A stretch of DNA of 64,000 nucleotides from contig JBBTCT010000001.1 in assembly GCA_038060895.1 (NCBI GenBank), positions 64,001 through 128,000 on the forward strand. Reading direction: 5' to 3'. The position numbers and the translations under genes were made by a program. Positions 44,646 to 53,575 of the stretch are shown here, one piece after another. Below the pieces are notes generated by a model, which saw only the letters and a list, made by a program, of their open reading frames with translations, ran no database searches and had not been told where the DNA came from. Numbering within the stretch: the first letter of the stretch is position 1; each line of letters begins with the position of its first letter. Source of the stretch: Planctomycetota bacterium. Its GTDB lineage: Bacteria > Planctomycetota > MHYJ01 > WSZJ01.

Positions 44646-47600
44646 ATGACGACCAACACCTCCCTTCTGAACGGCCGGTACCAGGTCATCCGCACGCTTG
44701 GCCGCGGCGGGATGGGGGTCGTTTTCGAAGTGATGGACCAGGTTCGCAAAGAGGTGCTGGCGCTGAAGACCGTGCGCGCCGATCGCTTGCCGAACGTCGA
44801 GCTGTTCCGTCACGAGTTCCTGCTGCTGTCGCGGTTCCGCCACCCGAACATCGAGCGCGTTTACGACTTCGGGAAGCTGGAGCCCGAAAACGACTATTTC
44901 TTCACGGCCGAGAGAGTGGACGGGAAAAACCTGTTCGAGGCGACGGAAAACGTCGACCTCGCGCGCTGCCTCGACCTCGCGGCGCAGGTCGCGCGCGCGC
45001 TGTCTTTCATGCACGAGCGCGGGCTGGTCCACCGCGACGTGAAGCCCGCGAACATCCTCGTGCCGGACTTCGGGCCGACGCGCGTCATCGACTTCGGCAT
45101 CGCGAAACCGCTCGACGACCTCGGCGAGGTCGCCGGCACGCTCGGGTACCTCGCCCCCGAGGCCCTCCGCGGCCAGCCCTTCGACCACCGCGTCGACCTG
45201 TATGCCCTCGGCGTCACGCTCTACGTCATTCTCGGCCGCATGCCGCCCTTCGAAGGCGTCACGACCACCGAAATCATCAGCTGCCACCTCCAAGAACAGC
45301 CCCGCCCGCTGCGCGAGATCAACCCATCGATCCCCACGCGCGTCGAAGCGATCGTCATGCGCCTCCTGCAGAAAGATCCCGGCGACCGCTTCCAGAGCGC
45401 CGATGAAGTCGCCAACGAGCTCGCCATGGCCGCGGGGCAGTCGCCGTCGCTCGAGATGCGCAAGACGGTGGACGGGTTTCTGGGAAGCGGCACGCTGGTG
45501 GGGCGAGATCACGTGCTGAAGAAGATGATGGACGCGATGGCGGCGCGCGCGCGGATGCTGCTGCGGCACGGCGAGGTGACGCGCGAGTTCGGGCGGCGGT
45601 CCGGGAACGCGCCGGTCCCGTGCGCGTACGCGGTTGTCGGCGAATCCGGGTGCGGCAAGACGCGCTTCCTCAGGGAATTCCGCATCCAGTGCCAGGTGCG
45701 CGGCGTGGCCTGCTACGAGGGGGAGCCGGACGGGACGCGGCTGGGGGCGTGGTCACGCGTGCTGGCGGCGATGGCCGCGATGCGCGGGGGCGGGCCGCCC
45801 GAGGGGGACCCGTTGCCGTTCATCCTCGACACGGCGCGCATGAAGGCGTGCGCGATCCTGATCGACAACTTTGAAGAGGCGGACGAGGACTCGCGCGACC
45901 TGCTGTCGCGGCTGGTGAACATGATGAAGCTGGCGCCCGCGGACGACCCGGTGCCGGCGCTGGTGGTGACGGCGTCGAAGCCGGGGATGCCGATTCCCGG
46001 CGACCCGGTCACGCTGGACCCGATCGACGCGAAGGGCGCGACGTCGATGGTGAAGTCGATGTTCGGCGTGACGATCCCGCCGGTGGTCTCCGAGCGTCTG
46101 GCGAGCGAGACGGGCGGAAATCCGGCGTTCATCGAGGAAACCGTGAGGTGGTGGGTCTCGACGCGGAAATTCCGGCGCACCAACCGCGGATGGATCCTCG
46201 GCGACGTCGCGCGCGAGGACGTCGTCCCCGCTTCGCTCCACGAAGCGCTCAGCGCCCGCCTCGACAAGATGCAGCCCGCCGAGAAGGAAGCTGCGCTCAC
46301 GCTTGCCGTTCTCGGCCGCCCGATCTCCGTCGCCCACCTCGGCACCCTGTTCGGCCTCCCCGAGGCCGACGCCGCCGCCATCGGCCTCTCGCTGACCGCA
46401 TCCGGCGTAGCCGTCACCGACGCCTCCCGCGTCAACATCCGGTCGCGCTTCCCCGACGCCGGCCTTCGAATCGCCGAGGGATCCGGATGGAAAGGCTTCA
46501 CCGCGGCGCACGGGCGCGCCGCCGCAGTTCTCGAGAAAGACGGCCACGGCGGCACCCCCGCTTACGCGCTTCACCTCCTCCAGTCCGGCGACACCCTGGG
46601 CATTCCCGCGGCTCTTCGGCTCGTCGATTCCTCGCACGTGCCGCCGTCCGAGGTGGCGCGGTTGGCCGAAGCCGTGCTGGCGTGGCCGATGCCGACCGCC
46701 CTGGAATCGTTCGCGCGGCGGCGGTGGGCGATGGCGGAGGTCCGGCGCGGACGGCCGGAAGCGGCGAGGACGATCCTGACGCGGGCGATCGACACGGCGG
46801 GATCGGCGGCAGGAGTCGCGCACGGACGGCTGCTGCTGGCGCTGACGCTGATGCGGCTCGGGAAAGCCGCGGAGGCGCGTGTCGAGTATGAAGCGGTCGC
46901 CGGCGCGGCCAGCGCGACGCCGGACGCGAGGCTGCGCGGTCTCGCGGCGCGCGTCGCCGGGGAACTCGCGCTGGCGGACGGACGGCCCGAAGAAGCCGCG
47001 CAGCGGCTCGCCGACGCGGCGACCTCCGGCGGCGACGACGACGATTCAACGGGCGAAATCCTCGAACGGCAGGCGAACGCGCTCGAGGCCTGCGGCCGCA
47101 CGCAGGAAGCACTTCATGCGATCGAGGACGCCATCGCGCTCTGCTCGCTCTCAGGCGACCGCGACCTCGTCGTGAACTGCGAGCGCACGCGCGGCCGCGT
47201 CCTTCGCCGCGTCGGCCGCCACGCGGACGCGCTGGCCGCCTTCGAGCGCGCCCTCGAGATCCGCCAGCGCATGTCCGAGCAGGGAGACCTGCAGCACCTC
47301 CACACGGAAATCGCCCTCATCCACCTCCAGTGCGGCCGCGCCTCGCTCGCGCTCGCCTCCTCGGAACGCGCCGTCTCCGCTTCCAGGAAGGCCGGCGATC
47401 CTCGCGCCGAGGCCCGCGCCCTCTTCGCCCTCGAGGCCGCCTGCCTCCGGCTCGGGCACGCCACACGCGCCGAGGAACTGCTGGGGCAGGCCGAAGCGCT
47501 TCAGGGAGCCGGGGCCGAGGGACGCGTGCTGCTGCGCCGAGCGGAGCTGGCGCTGTTCCGCGGGAGGATCGGGGAAGCGCGGCAGCTGCTGGACCGGTCG

Positions 47601-48716
47601 GATCTCCTGCTGCCGCGCACGGACACGGAGCGGTGCTCGCTGGGCGTCCGGCTGCAGATTGCAGAGGGGAAGACCGGGCAGGCGCAGGCCTCCGCCGACT
47701 CGCTGGTGGACATGCTCGACAGGACGCACGCTTCGCCGGACGACCGCGCCGCGGCGCGGGCGCTGGCGGGCGAAGCGTTTTTTGCCGCGGGGTGGATCGC
47801 ACGGGCGCACGAGCGCTGGTCGCGGGCGTTCCAGGAAGCGTCGGCGCCGCCGCCGCGGGTGGCCGCGGCGCTGGGGCTCGCGCGCACGGCGCACGAGTGC
47901 GGCCGGCCGGCGCTCGGACTGGAGTGCCTGGCGTGGGCGCGTGAAGCGGCGGAGGGGATGGACGATCCGGCGATGCTCGCGGAATTCGCGCTCGCGGAAG
48001 CGTCGCTCTGCTCTTTCGAAGGACGTCACGCCGACGCGCTCGCGGCCGCCGAGCGGGCGATCGTCTTCGCCCGGCAGGTCGGCATCCCGCTCGCCGAGGC
48101 GCGCGCCCTCATCGCCCGGATCGGCATCTACGAAACCCTCGGCGCCTTCTCGCGCGCCGCCGAGGACGCAACCCACCTCCCCAAGGTCGATCAGCCCACC
48201 ACCCGCGCTTCCGCCCGCGCCGCCCTCGTCCGCCTCGGCCGCTGGACGACCATTCCGCTGCCGCCGCAGGAGACGCGCGCGCTCATCGACCAGGAGGCCA
48301 CGGACTTCTGGGGACGGCTCGATCTGCTTGCCGCCCGCGCGGGGACGGATGCCGCGGCTGCACGCGAAGGTCTCGCCCTCTGCCGCCATGCCGGGGCCGG
48401 GGGGCGCGGCGCCTGGTTCCACCTGATCATCGCCCAGCACGACGCAAGCCACGCCCTCCGCCACACGCGCGCCGCCTTCGCCCGGGGCGCCGAGGAAGTC
48501 AAATGGCGAAGCTTCGCCGTCCAGGCGCGGCTGGCTTCGAAGCGAGGGGCCGCGGGAGAAGCGCAGGATTGGCTTCGCCAGGCGGGCGAGCGCGTCGCGA
48601 TGATCGCGCCGCGATGCGGGCCGTTCGGGACCCAATACCTGTCCCACCCGGAGCGGGCGCTTCTGCCCCGCCCCGGCGGGCTGACGCAGGTCCTCGGGAA
48701 CATCGTCGACGAGTAA
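44646..48716 (+). CDS. Ser/Thr protein kinase fused to STAND/AAA ATPase and TPR region
   Basis: LGRGGMG, HRDVKPAN, DFG, YLAPE; Walker A VGESGCGKT; Walker B-like ILIDNFEEAD; TGGNPAFIEE; TPR tail. Confidence 0.88.
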   Translation: MTTNTSLLNGRYQVIRTLGRGGMGVVFEVMDQVRKEVLALKTVRADRLPNVELFRHEFLLLSRFRHPNIERVYDFGKLEPENDYFFTAERVDGKNLFEATENVDLARCLDLAAQVARALSFMHERGLVHRDVKPANILVPDFGPTRVIDFGIAKPLDDLGEVAGTLGYLAPEALRGQPFDHRVDLYALGVTLYVILGRMPPFEGVTTTEIISCHLQEQPRPLREINPSIPTRVEAIVMRLLQKDPGDRFQSADEVANELAMAAGQSPSLEMRKTVDGFLGSGTLVGRDHVLKKMMDAMAARARMLLRHGEVTREFGRRSGNAPVPCAYAVVGESGCGKTRFLREFRIQCQVRGVACYEGEPDGTRLGAWSRVLAAMAAMRGGGPPEGDPLPFILDTARMKACAILIDNFEEADEDSRDLLSRLVNMMKLAPADDPVPALVVTASKPGMPIPGDPVTLDPIDAKGATSMVKSMFGVTIPPVVSERLASETGGNPAFIEETVRWWVSTRKFRRTNRGWILGDVAREDVVPASLHEALSARLDKMQPAEKEAALTLAVLGRPISVAHLGTLFGLPEADAAAIGLSLTASGVAVTDASRVNIRSRFPDAGLRIAEGSGWKGFTAAHGRAAAVLEKDGHGGTPAYALHLLQSGDTLGIPAALRLVDSSHVPPSEVARLAEAVLAWPMPTALESFARRRWAMAEVRRGRPEAARTILTRAIDTAGSAAGVAHGRLLLALTLMRLGKAAEARVEYEAVAGAASATPDARLRGLAARVAGELALADGRPEEAAQRLADAATSGGDDDDSTGEILERQANALEACGRTQEALHAIEDAIALCSLSGDRDLVVNCERTRGRVLRRVGRHADALAAFERALEIRQRMSEQGDLQHLHTEIALIHLQCGRASLALASSERAVSASRKAGDPRAEARALFALEAACLRLGHATRAEELLGQAEALQGAGAEGRVLLRRAELALFRGRIGEARQLLDRSDLLLPRTDTERCSLGVRLQIAEGKTGQAQASADSLVDMLDRTHASPDDRAAARALAGEAFFAAGWIARAHERWSRAFQEASAPPPRVAAALGLARTAHECGRPALGLECLAWAREAAEGMDDPAMLAEFALAEASLCSFEGRHADALAAAERAIVFARQVGIPLAEARALIARIGIYETLGAFSRAAEDATHLPKVDQPTTRASARAALVRLGRWTTIPLPPQETRALIDQEATDFWGRLDLLAARAGTDAAAAREGLALCRHAGAGGRGAWFHLIIAQHDASHALRHTRAAFARGAEEVKWRSFAVQARLASKRGAAGEAQDWLRQAGERVAMIAPRCGPFGTQYLSHPERALLPRPGGLTQVLGNIVDE

Positions 48717-48720
48717 ATCC

Positions 48721-49137
48721 ATGCCACCGCTCAAATCCGCCGGATATTCGACTGTCATCCCGTTCCTCGCTGCGAGTGACGTCGAGAAGGCGCTGTCGTT
48801 CTACGAAGCGGTGTTCGGGCTTCGCCGCACGAACGTCAACATTCAGGACGGGAGAATCGTCCACTCGGAAATGGAAAGCGGCGGCGACATCGTGCTGATG
48901 GTCGCCCCCGATGCGATCCACTCCGAGCTGAACCGGTCCCCGGCGTCCCGCGGCGCCGTCTCGCCTTCGGAGATCTTCGTTTTCGTGGCCGACGCCGACC
49001 GTGCGCACGAACAGGCCCTGCTCCATGGCGGCAAGAGCCTGGCCGCGCCCCGCGATGTCCCCTGGGGCGAGCGGCACGCGCTGATCCAGGATCCCGACGG
49101 GTATCGCTGGCTTGTTTCGCAGAATCTCGGCGCCTGA
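48721..49137 (+). CDS. VOC/glyoxalase (PhnB-like) family protein
   Basis: TVIPFL...ALSFYEAVFG, GRIVHSEM, FVADADRA, PWGER...IQDPDGYRW. Confidence 0.88.
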   Translation: MPPLKSAGYSTVIPFLAASDVEKALSFYEAVFGLRRTNVNIQDGRIVHSEMESGGDIVLMVAPDAIHSELNRSPASRGAVSPSEIFVFVADADRAHEQALLHGGKSLAAPRDVPWGERHALIQDPDGYRWLVSQNLGA

Positions 49138-49156
49138 CCCTCTTCAGGAGTTCGCG

Positions 49157-51232
49157 ATGCGCCTCATCTTCGTCACGCTTCTCCTCGCCGCCGTTGCTTC
49201 TGCCGATGCCCTCGACGACACCCTCGCGAAGGTCGGCCTCGAACGCAAAGACCTCGGGTGGCGGCCGCGCGGATACTGGAACCGGTACCCGCAGGACATC
49301 CCGTACAAGCTCCGCCACTTCGACGATTGCCTCGCGGAGCCGCTTTCGGTCGTCAACGTCGCGAGGACGCTCGGCAACTCGGAGAAGCTCTTCCTCGACC
49401 CCGTCGCGCTCGCGAAGCCCGCGGAGAAGTCCGACGGCGCCCTTTACAAGGCCGCGTTCGCCCTCGGCGTCGAGCGCAGGATCGGAAGCTTCCGCGCGTA
49501 CTCGGCGAATCTCGTCGCGAAGGACACCGACATCGTCGAAGCGCTTCTTGAAGTCCTGCGCGACTCAGGCCGTCCGGACAAGCTGGTGACGTTTGGCAGC
49601 GAGTCACCGTACCCGGCCATCCGCAAGGACCTCGAGACCGCGGCCGCCGCCATTCCCGCCGCCGCCCGCCCGATCCTCGGCCGCCTCGTTCTCAACGCGC
49701 TCGACGCGCACCGCTGGACGAAGCTGGCCCTTCGAAACGTCCCCCTCGAGAAGCGCGTCGCGGCCTGTGCCCGCCTCGAGCTGGGCGTCGAGAACACCGA
49801 CGCGCTCGACTTCGAGCCCGCCGTCGACGACGTCGCGAAGGCATGGGACGAACCGTCGATGTGGTACGCGGGGCTCAAGTGCGTCGCGGCGCTCGACGAA
49901 GCGCGCCTGGCGCTGGGGAAGATAGCGGAAGCGCCGGGGCCGTTCGTGTTCGACTGGAAGTCGCCATACGGCTGGGTGCGCTTCCGCGGCACGGGAGACG
50001 ACGCGATCGACGCCGCCGACTCGTTCCTGATCGTGGATTTCGGGGGGAAGGACTCGTGGAAGGGGCCCGCGGGCGCGAATGACGCACTGCGTCACATTGC
50101 CCTGGCGCTGGATCTCGCCGGAAACGACACGTACAAGTCGGACGGCCCGGCGCAGGGCGCGGGGCTGTGCGGAATCGGCGTGCTCGTCGACGTGGCGGGC
50201 GACGACGACTACGCGGCGGAATGCTGCGCGCAGGGATTCGGCCAGCTCGGGATGGGCGTCCTCGCCGACCTGGACGGGAAGGATTCGTACTTCGTGAAAT
50301 TCCAGGGGCAGGGGGCCGCGTTCCTCGGCGTTGGAGAACTCCTCGAAATCGCCGGAGACGACACCTACGACCTCTGGTGCCACGGGCAGGGCTACGGCGC
50401 CGTGGGCGGCGTCGGCGTGCTGGCCGACCGCGCGGGGAACGACAGGTACGTCGCCGAGCGCGACCCCAACATCACCGGGCGGCCTTCCTACCACAGCGAG
50501 CTCAAGATCTCCGTCTCCGAGGCCCAGGGGTGCGGCATGGGTCGCCGCGGCGACGGCGCCGACGGACACTCGTGGGCCGGCGGGCTTGGCGCTCTCCTCG
50601 ACGCTTCCGGCGACGACAGCTACACGGCCGGCAACTGGTGCATGGGCACCGGCTACTGGTTCGGGACCGGCGTCCTCTGGGACGGCGGCGGCAACGACCA
50701 CTTCCGAGGCAGCGTCTGGTCCCAGGCCACCGGCGCGCACTTCTGTATCGGCGCGCTCGTCGACGAGGCCGGGAACGACTGGCACGTCGCGATGGACGGC
50801 GCCGTGAACTCGGTCGGCTTTGCCCACGACTTCACCGTCGCCCTGCTGGTCGACGCCGCCGGCGACGACACCTATGAGTCCGCGAACGGCCCCGCCACTT
50901 CCATCAATCGCTCCGTCGCCATGCTGCTCGACCTCGCCGGCGACGACACCTACGTCATGGCCGCCGGCAACCGCCCCGGCACCGCCGTGTTCGACGAGAA
51001 GTTCCGCGACCGCTCCGGCGGCGCTACGTACTTCGCCGACGCTTCCTCCATAGGCCTCTTCCTCGATGTCGGCGGCAGCGATAAGTACAACTCCCGCGAA
51101 GAGAGCAACTTCTCCTGGCTCGATCCTCCCGACTCTCCCAACCCCTCCGTGCGCAACTGGTCCGTCGGGGTCGACCGGGCGGATGGCACGGTTTCGCTCG
51201 ATCCAATCCCGGAGAAAACGCCGCGCAAATGA
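49157..51232 (+). CDS. Secreted protein with multiple GxGxxGxGxLxDxxG(D/N)DxY repeats
   Basis: CAGGAG RBS; signal peptide; about 10 repeats such as QGAGLCGIGVLVDVAGDDDY and QGYGAVGGVGVLADRAGNDRY. Confidence 0.78.
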   Translation: MRLIFVTLLLAAVASADALDDTLAKVGLERKDLGWRPRGYWNRYPQDIPYKLRHFDDCLAEPLSVVNVARTLGNSEKLFLDPVALAKPAEKSDGALYKAAFALGVERRIGSFRAYSANLVAKDTDIVEALLEVLRDSGRPDKLVTFGSESPYPAIRKDLETAAAAIPAAARPILGRLVLNALDAHRWTKLALRNVPLEKRVAACARLELGVENTDALDFEPAVDDVAKAWDEPSMWYAGLKCVAALDEARLALGKIAEAPGPFVFDWKSPYGWVRFRGTGDDAIDAADSFLIVDFGGKDSWKGPAGANDALRHIALALDLAGNDTYKSDGPAQGAGLCGIGVLVDVAGDDDYAAECCAQGFGQLGMGVLADLDGKDSYFVKFQGQGAAFLGVGELLEIAGDDTYDLWCHGQGYGAVGGVGVLADRAGNDRYVAERDPNITGRPSYHSELKISVSEAQGCGMGRRGDGADGHSWAGGLGALLDASGDDSYTAGNWCMGTGYWFGTGVLWDGGGNDHFRGSVWSQATGAHFCIGALVDEAGNDWHVAMDGAVNSVGFAHDFTVALLVDAAGDDTYESANGPATSINRSVAMLLDLAGDDTYVMAAGNRPGTAVFDEKFRDRSGGATYFADASSIGLFLDVGGSDKYNSREESNFSWLDPPDSPNPSVRNWSVGVDRADGTVSLDPIPEKTPRK

Positions 51233-51348
51233 GATGTCGAAGTTGGCGTTCCAGGCCCGTTCGCGTTGTAAGATTGCTTTCCTCAGATGTAACACCAAGG
51301 GCGTCCGTCCGTCCCTCCTTCATACCCCTCCTCTGCCCGGAGCCTCCC

Positions 51349-52377
51349 ATGCGCTTCGCACTCCCCGTCGCACTTCTCCTCGCGCTTCCCGCCCTCGCCC
51401 AGACGCCGAAGCAGGTGCCCATCAAGAAGGGCGTCAACGAAGTGGACACGGCCGAGGGGAAGTACTGGCTGGACATTCCGAACAACTACGACCCGAAGAA
51501 GCCGATGCCGGTGATCTGTTTCCTGCACGGGAAGACTGTTGACCTGAAGGCGGACAACGCGCGCGGGCAGCTGGACAACGCGTTCGTCATCCAGATGAAG
51601 AAGCGCGGCTACATTGCGGTGGCGCCGGTGATGCCTCCGGCGCACCGGCCGCACTGGTTTGAGAACGGGAACTCTTATCCGTTCATGGAGACGTGGCTGA
51701 CGGACCTGCACTCGAAGGTGAACGTGCAGTACATCGTCTGCAGCGGGTTCAGCGCCGGCGCGAACTACACGATGCACTACGGTCAGCACCGTACTTACCA
51801 CGCGTGGTTCTCGGGATACCTCGTGATGGCGGGCGGGTGTCCTGTCGACAAAGGAGCGCCGGAGCTGATCCGGAAGAAGCCGATCTGGCTCGGATGCGGC
51901 GACCAGGACAACGACATGTACGACGACAAGATGAACACGACCGGCGGCGCGCGGCTGACCTCGGCCGACCTCAAGGCCAACGGGTTCGACAGCTACTACG
52001 ACGAGTTCCCGAAGGTCGGGCACACGATGGACCAGAAAATGGTCGAGAAGGCGCTCGTTTTCCACGACGCCAACCAGGGGAACTTCGCCGCGATCGGCGC
52101 GTGCATGAGGGCCAGCCAGATCAAGGACAAGGAGCCGGCGAAAGCGCTCGTGCTCCTTGAGATGTCTGCGGCCGGAAAGCTGAAAGCGAACGAGTACTGG
52201 GCGAAGAAGGTCGCCGAAACCACGACGGCCATCGTCGATGCCGCGAAGAAGGCCATTGCCGCTGCGGTCGCGATGACGGACGAAGCGAAGAAGAAAGAGG
52301 AGCTGGGGAAGCTCGGGCAGGCATGGGTCGGGACGAGCGTTGAGAAGCTCGTGAAGGATGCGATGGCCAAGAAGTAG
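51349..52377 (+). CDS. Secreted alpha/beta hydrolase (esterase/peptidase-like)
   Basis: Signal peptide; YWLDIPNNYDPKKPMPVICFLHG; nucleophile motif GFSAG; GDQD; VGH. Confidence 0.8.
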   Translation: MRFALPVALLLALPALAQTPKQVPIKKGVNEVDTAEGKYWLDIPNNYDPKKPMPVICFLHGKTVDLKADNARGQLDNAFVIQMKKRGYIAVAPVMPPAHRPHWFENGNSYPFMETWLTDLHSKVNVQYIVCSGFSAGANYTMHYGQHRTYHAWFSGYLVMAGGCPVDKGAPELIRKKPIWLGCGDQDNDMYDDKMNTTGGARLTSADLKANGFDSYYDEFPKVGHTMDQKMVEKALVFHDANQGNFAAIGACMRASQIKDKEPAKALVLLEMSAAGKLKANEYWAKKVAETTTAIVDAAKKAIAAAVAMTDEAKKKEELGKLGQAWVGTSVEKLVKDAMAKK

Positions 52378-52403
52378 GTAGTTGGTAGTGGGTAGGAGGT
52401 AGG
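52374..52403. repeat. Degenerate heptamer tandem repeat (GxxGGTA) starting at a stop codon
   Basis: gtaggta-gttggta-gtgggta-ggaggta. Confidence 0.55.
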
Positions 52404-52436
52404 AACAGCCTCCCGGTGGGAAGTTTCTGGCCTGAC

Positions 52437-53567
52437 CTACTTGATCTTCCGGAATTCGGCGTTGCCGCCCTGTTCCCAGACGACCCCGACCGATTTCCCG
52501 GCCGAAAGGCTCGGGTACGTCGCTTCGGCGCCGTCGGCGCTCATCCGCTCCGGTTTGGCTCCCGCCGCGGACGTCTGCATCCATATCCCGGGCTTCCCGC
52601 CTCGCGCGTCTTCCCAGGCGATGTAGAAGACGCCGGTGCTGTCAGCGCCTGCGCTGGGATGGCCCTGCACGCCCTCGGGCTTCTCGGGCAGGAGCGCCTC
52701 GGGTGGAAGCTGGCCGCCTGCCGATGACACCGCCCACATCACGTCGCGGTCCTTGCCGCCCGGATTCCCCATCCAGCCCACCGCAAACCTCTTTCCATCG
52801 TCGCTCACGGCGACCGTGGGGGCGTCCATGGGTCAGTCGGGTATCTTTGTGTCCTTCTTGTTCACGCGCGCCGGCGGCGCGAACGACTTTCCTCCGTCAC
52901 GCGACATCGTCAGGAAGATCTCGCGGCTCGAGTCGTCCGCCATCTCCCGGTAGGCAACGAACGGGTTTCCTTTGCCGTCAATCGCAATGCCCGGCGCACA
53001 GCAGGGACAAACGGGCGGTGAAATCTTCACGTTCTTCCCCACCTTGCCGCCCGACACCTTCGCATACCAGAGGCTGTTCCCCTTCCCCGCCCGGTCGTCG
53101 AGCCAGACGACGTGCGCGTCCCCGGCGTCCGATACAGCGAGCTGGTGAAGCGATTCGGCGGCGGAACCCGGCGTGTCGTTGACCTGCACGGGCTTCTCGA
53201 ACGTCTTGCCGCCGTCCTTCGAGATCGCAAGCCAGAGCTCGCACTTCGGATACTTCTCCTTCTGTTTCTCCGGGTCAAAGCAAAGCGGCGCGGTGATGAA
53301 GACGTCCTTCTTCCCATCGACCCCGATACGCGGCCCGCGCTGCTTCCCGCCCTGGGCCTTACCCTTCACGTCGATCGCGACCGCGGGGGCGCTCCAGGTC
53401 TTGCCGCCGTCCGTGGAGATCGACAGCTCGATATTCCCGTTGCGCACGAACGTGCAGTAGAACGCGCCGTCGGAATCCTGCGCGAGCTGGGGCTGGGTTG
53501 CGCCGGAGGCGACAGTTTCTGCCACGGCTGCGCTGGCGAGCAACAGGACGGCGAAGAGGCTTCTCAT
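52437..53567 (-). CDS. Secreted BNR/Asp-box (sialidase-like) beta-propeller protein; candidate selenoprotein (in-frame TGA at 52833-52835 = U245)
   Basis: ORFs 52833-53579 and 52437-52829 share one frame, joined by TGA-CCC-ATG (KIPD-U-PMDAP); Asp boxes STDGGKTW, SKDGGKTF, SRDGGKSF; CPCC motif; signal peptide from ATG 53567. Confidence 0.75.
52795..52832 (-). promoter_or_regulatory. Putative bacterial SECIS element
   Basis: After UGA: C-CCAU-GGA-CGC-CCC-CACG-[GUCGC]-CGUG-A-GCG-ACG-AUGG; the apical loop starts with GU, 19 nt after the UGA. Confidence 0.6.
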
Positions 53568-53575
53568 GCCCGAAA

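Noticed and set aside
52437-52829. Independent 130-aa gene, or frameshifted pseudogene
   Set aside because: Same frame as the upstream ORF, no RBS, continuous blade motifs and a SECIS-like hairpin; read-through fits better, although a nonsense mutation is not excluded.
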